This document shows positions 20,955 through 29,142 of a DNA stretch of 32,000 bases, piece by piece. Every line of letters starts with the position of its first letter. Position 1 is the stretch's first letter. This DNA comes from Buchnera aphidicola (Neophyllaphis podocarpi). Its GTDB lineage: Bacteria > Pseudomonadota > Gammaproteobacteria > Enterobacterales > Enterobacteriaceae. The stretch is taken from assembly GCF_964059055.1 (NCBI RefSeq), contig NZ_OZ060386.1, positions 420,001 through 452,000 on the forward strand, read 5' to 3'. The notes beneath the pieces are model-generated. The model worked only from the letters and a program-made list of their open reading frames with translations. It had not been told where the DNA came from and ran no database searches. The position numbers and the translations under genes were made by a program.

Positions 20955-21842
20955 TTATTTATCAAAATTAACCATGTATTTAGTAAAAGATTTTAATAAT
21001 TCTATTTTTAGATAATTTTTTTTTGCAAGTTTTTTTAAAATAAATATTGCTTTATTATATAAATCTAATACTCTAAATTTAGCTCTATCTAAACCTACCA
21101 ATGAAACGTAATTGTATTTTTTATTTTTAAACTTTTTATTAACAATTTTATCATATTTAAAATCAGATATATCATCATTTATTTGATATGCTAAACTTAT
21201 TATAGTAGAATATTTATATAAATCTTTATTGATTTTATGATTTCTAGAAATATTTTTATTTAAACAAACTAATTTAATTGATGTATTAATAAGTAAACAT
21301 GTTTTGTAAAAAAAAACTTTTTCTAAATAGTCTTTAGTAATAACTACATCTTTACTTTTTAAATCTAAATATTGACCCATACATAAACCTGATATACCTA
21401 TAGATTTTGACAATTCATATATCATCTTTAAACGTATACTACTTGAAACTTTAAACATGGATTTGCTTGACAGAATACTAAAAGCAAGACTTTGTAAAGC
21501 ATCTCCGGAAAGAATAGCAGTAAATTCATTAAATTTTGCATGACATGAAGGCTTGCCTCTACGAACCAAACTATTATCCATAGATGGTAAATCATCATGT
21601 ATCAATGAATAAGAATGAATGACTTCAATAGTAGCAGCTATAACATCTAAATTATTAAGATTTACATTTAGAATATCTCCAATAAAATAGATGAGACAAG
21701 GACGAATCCTTTTACCTCCAAGTAAAGTACTATACTTCATAGCATCAAATAATTTAGAATTTTTGAAATCTATGTTATTAAATACACTGATCAAAAAATT
21801 ATTAATTCTTTTATTATAAAAATTTAAGTAATCTATAAACAT
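20955..21842 (-). CDS. ispA: Farnesyl diphosphate synthase (geranyltranstransferase)
   Basis: The 295-aa ORF has the first Asp-rich motif LIHDDLPSMDNSLVRRGKPSCH and a second one, QINDDISD. It lies directly upstream of dxs, as in the E. coli (xseB)-ispA-dxs operon. Confidence 0.92.
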   Translation of the reverse strand: MFIDYLNFYNKRINNFLISVFNNIDFKNSKLFDAMKYSTLLGGKRIRPCLIYFIGDILNVNLNNLDVIAATIEVIHSYSLIHDDLPSMDNSLVRRGKPSCHAKFNEFTAILSGDALQSLAFSILSSKSMFKVSSSIRLKMIYELSKSIGISGLCMGQYLDLKSKDVVITKDYLEKVFFYKTCLLINTSIKLVCLNKNISRNHKINKDLYKYSTIISLAYQINDDISDFKYDKIVNKKFKNKKYNYVSLVGLDRAKFRVLDLYNKAIFILKKLAKKNYLKIELLKSFTKYMVNFDK

Positions 21843-21960
21843 ATAATATACAATAAAAATTATTATTTATAATTTACAATATAATAACACTATTTTAAAT
21901 ATAAAAAATATATTAAATAAATTTTATATATTAATTATTAAAAGGATAAATATAAATTAT

Positions 21961-22239
21961 ATGAAAAAAATAAACAAAATATTAACAGTAACATCTATTC
22001 TTAAAAATGAAATTATTTTAGATATACGATCTGAAGAAGAAAGAGAAAAATTTCCATTAAAAATAAAAAAACAAAAAATAAAATACATGTCTTTTTATAA
22101 TTTACATAAAAATTTTAAAAATTTAGACCAAAAAAAAACATGGTTATTATACTGTAATAGAGGAGTAATGAGTAAAATACAAGCAATATATTTATATGAA
22201 TTAGGTTTTAAAAATATAAAAATATATAAAATTAATTAA
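21961..22239 (+). CDS. thiI: Stand-alone rhodanese domain homologous to the C-terminal domain of tRNA sulfurtransferase ThiI
   Basis: The 92-aa ORF LDIRSEEEREKFPL...LDQKKTWLLYCNRGVMSKIQAIYLYELGFKNIKIY aligns with the E. coli ThiI C-terminus (IDIRSIDEQEDKPL...[35 protein letters not shown]), including the persulfide Cys. It sits divergent from ispA, as thiI does in E. coli. The 118-bp upstream spacer has no room for the THUMP and PP-loop domains. Confidence 0.85.
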   Translation: MKKINKILTVTSILKNEIILDIRSEEEREKFPLKIKKQKIKYMSFYNLHKNFKNLDQKKTWLLYCNRGVMSKIQAIYLYELGFKNIKIYKIN

Positions 22240-22285
22240 ATAAAAATTTAATTAATTTTATATAAAATAAAAAATTTTTATAATC

Positions 22286-23461
22286 TTACTTATAAAATAT
22301 AATTATAAAAAAAAACCATATAAAAGAAATTAATAATGTTAATATAAAAATAAATTTTAATCCTAATAAATTAATAATCAAACCTCCTAAAATACCTCCA
22401 AAAGCAGAGCCAATAAATTGACTAGTAGAAAAAATTCCCATTGTAAGACCTTTATATTTTTTGCAAGAAAGTTGATTAATTAATGAAGGTAATAAAGATT
22501 CTAAAATACTAAAAGAAAAGAAAAATAACTGAATACCAAATATAAAAATTTTTAAATTATTAAAATTAAAAAAAATAAGCTCAGAAATAAAAAATGAAAC
22601 TATAGAACTAATTATAATTGTTTTAGTATATTTTTTTATATCAATAAAATAAATTAAAATAATAACAATTATAGAAGAAATAATAAGCAAATAAAAATAT
22701 AATTTCCAATGATATAATAAATTTAATCCTAAAATCTGTAATTTAATTGGAAGAACTAAAAAATTAAAAGTCAGCAAAAAATGCAACAAAAAAACGCTAA
22801 AATTTATTATGATTATTTTTGTATCATAAAAAACTATTTTAATAAAATTAGAATTAAAAGTATATAGATCTTTTTTTTTAGTATTAGGAAGTAAATAAGC
22901 TACTAAAATAATAGTCACTAGTGATATAATAAATATTAACCAAAATATAAAATTAAATCCAAAATTTAAAAAAATAACTGGGCTTAAAATCATAGCTGAT
23001 ATAAATGATATACCAAAAGTAACACCTACAAAAAACATAACCATAAAATTATGTTTTTTATTTACCAAATCTGACAATAATGTAACAATAATAGAAGAAA
23101 TAGCACCAGAACCTTGTAAAGATCTACCTATTAATAAACTAAAAATAGAATCAGAAAATGCACAAAAAAAACTACCTATAGAAAATAAACATAAACCTAA
23201 AATTATGATTGATTTTCTTCCTACAATATCAGAAATAAACCCTAAAGGAATTTGTAAAATAGATTGAAATAAACTATAAATTCCTAAACATAGACCTATT
23301 AAAAATTTTGTAGAATCTTTTAAAGATAAAACATAAACTGAAACAATAGGAAATAAAAAAAAAGTACAAAAAGATCGCAAAAAGATAATCATAAATAATA
23401 TTAAAATTATTAAAAATCTAAAATTAAAAATATTTTTCATATGAGTAAAAATTCCAAACAT
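22286..23461 (-). CDS. yajR: MFS-family transporter, YajR homologue lacking the C-terminal cytoplasmic domain
   Basis: The 391-aa polytopic ORF has the MFS loop motif ISDIVGRKS. Compare GRSLQGSGAISSIIVTLLSDL and LESLLPSLINQ...YKGLTMGIFSTSQFIGSAFGGILGG with E. coli YajR GRALQGSGAIAAAVMALLSDL and MEALLPSLISK...YKGTAMGVYSTSQFLGVAIGGSLGG. It lies next to cyoE, as in E. coli. Confidence 0.8.
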   Translation of the reverse strand: MFGIFTHMKNIFNFRFLIILILFMIIFLRSFCTFFLFPIVSVYVLSLKDSTKFLIGLCLGIYSLFQSILQIPLGFISDIVGRKSIIILGLCLFSIGSFFCAFSDSIFSLLIGRSLQGSGAISSIIVTLLSDLVNKKHNFMVMFFVGVTFGISFISAMILSPVIFLNFGFNFIFWLIFIISLVTIILVAYLLPNTKKKDLYTFNSNFIKIVFYDTKIIIINFSVFLLHFLLTFNFLVLPIKLQILGLNLLYHWKLYFYLLIISSIIVIILIYFIDIKKYTKTIIISSIVSFFISELIFFNFNNLKIFIFGIQLFFFSFSILESLLPSLINQLSCKKYKGLTMGIFSTSQFIGSAFGGILGGLIINLLGLKFIFILTLLISFIWFFFIIIFYK

Positions 23462-23509
23462 AATAAAAAAATATCAATTAAAATTTGAATTATATATAAA
23501 TATTGTATA

Positions 23510-23857
23510 ATGTATACAAATATATTTATATATAAAATATTTACTAATATGATTCATAAAAATAAAAAAAAATATTTAGATATTTATCTACAATGGAATA
23601 AAAAAAAAGCAATTGATATAGCTAAAAAAGAATTAATATCAATGAATAAAAATCATTGGGAAATAATATTTTTATTAAGAAAATTCTATAAAGAATTTAA
23701 TTTTACACCTAATATTAGAATGTTTATTAATTTCGCAAGAAAAATACTAAAAACAGAAAAAATAAATAGTATATATTTATTTAAATTATTTCCAAAAGGC
23801 CCAATACATCAAGGAAGTAAGATTTCTGGTATTCCAAAACCAAGCAGATGTTTGTAA
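23510..23857 (+). CDS. tusE: Sulfurtransferase TusE (DsrC family); the true start is probably the ATG at 23549
   Basis: The C-terminus NHWEIIFLLRKFYKEFNFTPNIRMFINF...YLFKLFPKGPIHQGSKISGIPKPSRCL matches E. coli TusE/YccK ([28 protein letters not shown]...[27 protein letters not shown]), including the conserved penultimate-region Cys. The first 13 codons of the listed ORF (MYTNIFIYKIFTN) have no counterpart. Starting at 23549 gives about 102 aa. Confidence 0.85.
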   Translation: MYTNIFIYKIFTNMIHKNKKKYLDIYLQWNKKKAIDIAKKELISMNKNHWEIIFLLRKFYKEFNFTPNIRMFINFARKILKTEKINSIYLFKLFPKGPIHQGSKISGIPKPSRCL

Positions 23858-23890
23858 ATAAAATTTATGAATTTTATAGTATAAATATAC

Positions 23891-24745
23891 CTATACATTA
23901 TAGTCTAAGGAAATAATTAAATTAAATATCATTATGATTATTAAAGAAAATAAAAACATATTTTTAGACCAAATCAAAATATTACTATTTAAACAATTAT
24001 TAAAAAATATATATAACCAAATAAAATTACAAATTAACATAATTATCAAATAATAATACCCTGCAAATTTAAAAAGAAATAATAAAAGTGTTAAAAAAAA
24101 GAAAACTAAAATAGATAATAAGATATATTTTTTTGTTACTAAATTACCTTTAATTAGAGGAAGAACAGGTATATTAGCACTATTATAATCATTAGAATAT
24201 AAAATAGCCAAAGAATAGGAATGAGGTATTTGCCAAAAAACAAAAATTAAAAATAAAATTAAAGATTTAAAATCTAGAGAATTACTGAAAGAACAATAAC
24301 CTATTAAAGGAGGCATAGCACCTGCTATACTACCAACTAGTATAGCAAAAATGGAATTTTGTTTCATATATAAACTATATATAATAACATAAATAAAAAA
24401 ACCAAATACAGATAAAAATAAACTTAATAAATTAACAAAAAAATAAAGTAATATACAACCTAAAAAAAACAAAGTTAATGCAAAAAAAACAAAAGTAGAT
24501 AAGTAATTTTGATTATTTACCAAAAATCTATCTTTAGTTCTATTCATTTTTTGGTCTATATCAATATCTATTATATTATTAAATATACAACTAGATGAAA
24601 TTATACAAAAAGTACTCATTAAAGTAAAAATAAGTAAGTGTATATTTAAGTTTCCCTTAGAAGCAAATAAAAAAACACTAATAACTGATATTAAATTGCC
24701 AAAAACTATTCTTGGTTTTAAAACTGTAAAATATTTATTAAACAT
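23891..24745 (-). CDS. cyoE: Protoheme IX farnesyltransferase (heme O synthase)
   Basis: The 284-aa polytopic membrane ORF has the UbiA-family motif NNIIDIDIDQKMNRTKDRFL. It is the last gene of the cyoABCDE cluster. Confidence 0.9.
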   Translation of the reverse strand: MFNKYFTVLKPRIVFGNLISVISVFLFASKGNLNIHLLIFTLMSTFCIISSSCIFNNIIDIDIDQKMNRTKDRFLVNNQNYLSTFVFFALTLFFLGCILLYFFVNLLSLFLSVFGFFIYVIIYSLYMKQNSIFAILVGSIAGAMPPLIGYCSFSNSLDFKSLILFLIFVFWQIPHSYSLAILYSNDYNSANIPVLPLIKGNLVTKKYILLSILVFFFLTLLLFLFKFAGYYYLIIMLICNFIWLYIFFNNCLNSNILIWSKNMFLFSLIIIMIFNLIISLDYNV

Positions 24746-24786
24746 TATTTATGGATTCTCAATTAATATATAATTCTATAGAAAAA

Positions 24787-25104
24787 TTAATTATTACTAT
24801 TTAAATGATACATAATCCATATAGATCCAAAAATAATAATAAAAATTATTAATATCACAAAGAACAAAGAAATATGATATATAAAATCTTTTTTTAAAAT
24901 ATGAATACTAATAAAATATTTAAAATGTAATAAAATTTGTAAAACAGCACATAAAATTATTAATGAGATAACTATTTTTTTTGGATAAAAATGATACTCA
25001 AATAATAAAAAAGGAACTGAAGTTAAAAATACAGAACTAATAAAACCTATTAAATAATATCTAATAATTTTAAAAATATAATTGATATCTAAATTATTAT
25101 TCAT
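24787..25104 (-). CDS. cyoD: Cytochrome bo3 ubiquinol oxidase subunit IV
   Basis: The 105-aa protein has three predicted TM segments and lies between cyoC and cyoE. Its start overlaps the cyoC stop by 4 nt (ATGA). Confidence 0.8.
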   Translation of the reverse strand: MNNNLDINYIFKIIRYYLIGFISSVFLTSVPFLLFEYHFYPKKIVISLIILCAVLQILLHFKYFISIHILKKDFIYHISLFFVILIIFIIIFGSIWIMYHLNSNN

Positions 25105-25736
25105 AACAAAGTTCCGATAAGATAAATGATACTAAATACACATATCCATATAATATCAATAAAGTGCCAAAATATACTTAAACAAAATATTTTATTTATA
25201 ATATTTTTAGAAATTTTTTTAATATACAATAATTCAAATATAATAGAAATTATCCATATAATACCTATTATCACATGTAATCCATGAATTCCTATAATAG
25301 TAAAATATATAGAAAATAAACTATTAAACTGAGGACCATAATGATGAATAATTAAATTATGAAATTCATAACCTTCTATTAAGACAAATAATAAACCTGC
25401 AAATAAAGTTAAAAATAAACTAATTATAATATAATAATATTTGTATAACTTAAGAAATACAACTGCAAAAGAATACATAATAGAACTAAATAAAAGCAAA
25501 AAAGTTTCAAATATTACCAGAGGAATATTAAAAATACTTTTTAATAAAAATAAATCCTTGCTAGTATTAATAATAACTGCATAAGTTGCAAAAAGGACTG
25601 CAAAAACTATACAATCACTCATAAGATAAATCCATAAACCTAAAAATGATTTATTCTCAGATATTGAATGATTTGCAAAATTATATTTTAATTTAGATTT
25701 AATAAAAAAACTTAAATTAGAAATTTTTAATAACAT
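25101..25736 (-). CDS. cyoC: Cytochrome bo3 ubiquinol oxidase subunit III
   Basis: The 211-aa hydrophobic ORF contains FGLWIYLMSDCIVFAVLFATY and IFWHFIDIIWICVF, typical of heme-copper oxidase subunit III. It lies directly after cyoB. Confidence 0.88.
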   Translation of the reverse strand: MLLKISNLSFFIKSKLKYNFANHSISENKSFLGLWIYLMSDCIVFAVLFATYAVIINTSKDLFLLKSIFNIPLVIFETFLLLFSSIMYSFAVVFLKLYKYYYIIISLFLTLFAGLLFVLIEGYEFHNLIIHHYGPQFNSLFSIYFTIIGIHGLHVIIGIIWIISIIFELLYIKKISKNIINKIFCLSIFWHFIDIIWICVFSIIYLIGTLL

Positions 25737-25739
25737 AAT

Positions 25740-27734
25740 TTAAGACCTATTTTTATATGAATTAATATTCAGTTTACTATCTAATTTCTTCATTTCTAAG
25801 GCTGTAATTATATAACTTATATTATTATCTAAACTTTTAAATACTATAAAAACTAAAATAATAAATAAAGAAAATAAAAACAACCATAATATATGCCAAA
25901 CAGCTGAAAAACCTAATAAAGTAGAAAAAATTCCAATAAAAAAACCAGAAACAGTATTTTTTGGCATTTTTATATCAGAAAAAAATGTTTTATTTAATTT
26001 ATCTTTATTTAATTTATCTTTATTTAATTTATTAAACCAAAAATTATCTCTTGATAAAACTTTAGGTATAACAGAAAAATTATAAAAAGGAGGAGGTGAT
26101 GATATAGACCATTCCAAAGTTCTACCATTCCAAGGATCACCACTAATATCTAAATTTAATTTACGATTTTTAAAAGAAACTACAAACTGAATAATCTGAG
26201 AAATTATTCCTAAACCTATTAGAAATACACCAAAAAATGCAATAGTTAACATATCGTGAAATTTATGATCAATATTTTGACTAATACGTCTAGTCATACC
26301 AAGTAATCCTAAATAGTATAAAGGCATAAAAGCAAATAAAAAACCAAAAATCCAAAGATAAAATGATCTTTTTCCCCATTTTTCATCTAAAATAAAACCA
26401 AAAACTTTAGGAAACCAATAATTTATTCCAGCAAAACATCCAAATACAACTCCGCCAATTATTACATTATGAAAATGAGCCACAAGAAATAAACTATTAT
26501 GTAGTAAAAAATCTGCAACTGGTAATGATAACAAGACACCAGTCATACCACCAATAGAAAATGTAATTAGAAAACCAATAGTCCAAAGCATAGAAGAATG
26601 CATATGTATACGTCCTTCATACATAGTAAATAACCAATTAAAAATTTTAACACCTGTAGGAATAGCTATTATCATTGTAGCAATACCAAAAAAAGCATTA
26701 ACATCAGCTCCGGCACCCATAGTAAAAAAATGATGTAGCCAAACTACAAAGGATAGAATAGTTATTGAAAAAGTAGCATATACTAATGATTTATAACCAA
26801 ATATAGCTTTTCTAGAAAATGTAGATACTATTTCAGAAAAAATACCAAATGCAGGTAATACTAATATATAAACTTCTGGATGACCCCATATCCAAATTAA
26901 GTTTACATACATCATAGCATTACCTCCAAAATCATTTGTAAAAAAATGAAAATTAAAATATCTATCTAATGTAAGTAATAATAGAGTTGTACTTAATACT
27001 GGAAATGATGCAACAATTAAAATGTTAGAACAAAATGATGTCCAAACAAATATTGGCATTCTCATTAAATACATACCAGGAGATCTCATTTTTATTATAG
27101 TTACCAAAAAATTTATTCCTGTTAATATAGTTCCTGCTCCAGAGATTTGCAAACTCCATATCCAGTAATCTACACCAACACCAGGATTATATTCAATACC
27201 AGATAATGGAGGATAAGCTAACCAACCTGTTTGTGCAAACTCACCCACTCCTAAAGAAATATTGATTAATAATGCTCCGCTTATTGTTAACCATAAACTT
27301 AAGTTATTTATAAAAGGGAAAGCTACATCTCTAGCTCCAATTTGTAAAGGTAATACAAAATTCATTAATCCAATAATTAAAGGCATAGCAACAAAAAAAA
27401 TCATGATTACCCCATGAGCAGTAAATATTTGATCATAATGATGTTGAGGTAAAAAACCATGACTAAAAACAGAAGAAGATAAGAACTGTTGAGTACGCAT
27501 CATAATAGCATCAACAAATCCTCTAATTAACATCACAAAAGATAGTATAATGTACATTATACCAATTCTTTTATGATCTACTGACGTAACCCAATCATTC
27601 CATATAATTTTCCATTTACGAGAATACGTAATAATAGAAAAAATAATTATCATAAAAGAAATAATAATAAAATATGTAAATACTATAATGGGTTCATGGT
27701 AAGGAATATCATTTAATGATAATTTTCCCAACAT
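25740..27734 (-). CDS. cyoB: Cytochrome bo3 ubiquinol oxidase subunit I
   Basis: The 664-aa ORF has the heme-copper oxidase signatures WFFGHPEVY-like ([16 protein letters not shown]), HHFFTMG, and [12 protein letters not shown] strong SD (AGGAG, complement of 27740-27744) lies 5 nt upstream of the start. Confidence 0.96.
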   Translation of the reverse strand: MLGKLSLNDIPYHEPIIVFTYFIIISFMIIIFSIITYSRKWKIIWNDWVTSVDHKRIGIMYIILSFVMLIRGFVDAIMMRTQQFLSSSVFSHGFLPQHHYDQIFTAHGVIMIFFVAMPLIIGLMNFVLPLQIGARDVAFPFINNLSLWLTISGALLINISLGVGEFAQTGWLAYPPLSGIEYNPGVGVDYWIWSLQISGAGTILTGINFLVTIIKMRSPGMYLMRMPIFVWTSFCSNILIVASFPVLSTTLLLLTLDRYFNFHFFTNDFGGNAMMYVNLIWIWGHPEVYILVLPAFGIFSEIVSTFSRKAIFGYKSLVYATFSITILSFVVWLHHFFTMGAGADVNAFFGIATMIIAIPTGVKIFNWLFTMYEGRIHMHSSMLWTIGFLITFSIGGMTGVLLSLPVADFLLHNSLFLVAHFHNVIIGGVVFGCFAGINYWFPKVFGFILDEKWGKRSFYLWIFGFLFAFMPLYYLGLLGMTRRISQNIDHKFHDMLTIAFFGVFLIGLGIISQIIQFVVSFKNRKLNLDISGDPWNGRTLEWSISSPPPFYNFSVIPKVLSRDNFWFNKLNKDKLNKDKLNKTFFSDIKMPKNTVSGFFIGIFSTLLGFSAVWHILWLFLFSLFIILVFIVFKSLDNNISYIITALEMKKLDSKLNINSYKNRS
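25991..26032 (-). repeat. In-frame 15-bp tandem repeat (about 2.8 copies) inside cyoB
   Basis: On the plus strand, tatttaatttatctt occurs at 25991-26005 and again exactly at 26006-26020. A further 12 of 15 nt match at 26021-26032. On the coding strand this encodes (KLNKD)n: [19 protein letters not shown]. Confidence 0.85.
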
Positions 27735-27797
27735 ACTTTCTCCTTTAAAAAACTAGAATTGCATAAAAAAATGTTTTTATTTAATAAATGTTGAAAA

Positions 27798-28655
27798 TTA
27801 TTTGTTGAATTTATTAACTATTTTATTAAATAATCCAGGTACAACATTAGAAAAATATTTTATGGAGTAATCTTCATTAGGCATAGAAATATTTTTAAAA
27901 AATAAATAATCATTTAAATAGTTATTTTTATGTTGAATATTTTTAATCCATGATAAAAATTTATCATTATCATTTGTTATTTTAACAGCAAAATTCATAT
28001 TTGAAAAACCTCTACCACTATAATTTGCAGAAAAACCATTAAACTTTCCAGGTTTATTTGCAATTAAATGCAAGCAAGTTTTCATTCCAGGCATAGAATA
28101 TATTTGACTACCGAGAGAAGGAATGAAAAAAGAATTCATAACAGAATTAGATGTTATATTAAACTTTATTTCATTATTTACAGGAAAAACTAATTCATTT
28201 ATTGTAGCAATTTTATATTTAGGATATATAAATAACCATCTCCAATCTAATGAAACAACTTCAATTTCTATAGGAGGTTTAGTATTATAAAATAATTCTT
28301 TCCTAGGATCTAGTTTATGAGATGAAAACCAAGATAAACTAGATAAAAACAATACAATTAAAATAGGAATTATCCAAATAATAATTTCTATTTTTGAAGA
28401 AAAGGACCAATTAGGATTATATTTAGCATATATATTTGACTCTCTATATTTAAAAACAAAAAAAAATGTCATAAATATAACTGGTATTACAACTAATAAC
28501 ATGGTTATAAGAGATATTAAAATTAAGTTATTTTCTTCTAAAGCAACATATCCGCTAGAACTTGATGATTTAAAATTATAACCACTAAATATAAAATTAA
28601 TTACTGCTAAAATTAAGTATTTAAATTTATTATTAAATTTCATTTTAAAAATCAC
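27798..28655 (-). CDS. cyoA: Cytochrome bo3 ubiquinol oxidase subunit II
   Basis: The 285-aa ORF is collinear with E. coli CyoA ([59 protein letters not shown] vs [59 protein letters not shown]). Confidence 0.93.
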   Translation of the reverse strand: [285 protein letters not shown]

Positions 28656-28818
28656 AGTTAAACAAGTTAATTAATATAATATAAAAATATTGACAAATTT
28701 GATATAAAAATAATATTTCAACAAAAATAAAATTAGCAAATAAATTAAACTTAGCATAAAATTTAAAATATAATAAGATTTAAGATTAATATTTTATATA
28801 AATTGAGAAAAAAATAAA

Positions 28819-29118
28819 ATGATAGTAAAGATTATAGAAGCAAAATTGAAAAAAAAATTTAATCCATGCAAAATTTTGTTATATAATGAAAATAAAAAAC
28901 ATAGAAAAAATTCAAAAAAAATACACATAAAAATAATAATTATAAGCAATTATTTTTTAGAAAAGTCTATTATAGATAGACATAATGAAGTACATTTAAC
29001 AATTTTTCAAGAAATAAAAAACCATATTAATTCATTAGATATGTATACATATACATACAATGAATGGAAAACAAAACAAAATATATTAACAATAAAAAAA
29101 ACATGTTTAAAAAAATAA
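28819..29118 (+). CDS. bolA: BolA-family protein
   Basis: The 99-aa ORF contains HIKIIIISNYFLEKSIIDRHNEVHLTIFQEI...INSLDMYTYTYNEW, cf. E. coli BolA [31 protein letters not shown]...VHALALHTYTIKEW. It lies upstream of tig, as in E. coli. Confidence 0.85.
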   Translation: MIVKIIEAKLKKKFNPCKILLYNENKKHRKNSKKIHIKIIIISNYFLEKSIIDRHNEVHLTIFQEIKNHINSLDMYTYTYNEWKTKQNILTIKKTCLKK

Positions 29119-29142
29119 TTTTTAATAAAAAATGAATAAATT

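Noticed and set aside
23858-23877. An 8-bp A/T hairpin (ataaaatt-tatg-aattttat) between the convergent tusE and cyoE genes
   Set aside because: The stem is too short and too weak, with no G/C pairs, to distinguish from background. I noted it only as a possible minimal terminator.
28690-28717. A possible sigma-70 promoter for bolA: TTGACA at 28690-28695 with TAATAT at 28711-28716
   Set aside because: The spacer is only 15 bp, and the alternative hexamers at 16-17 bp are poorer matches. TATAAT-like strings occur almost everywhere in this composition, so the call cannot be supported from sequence alone.
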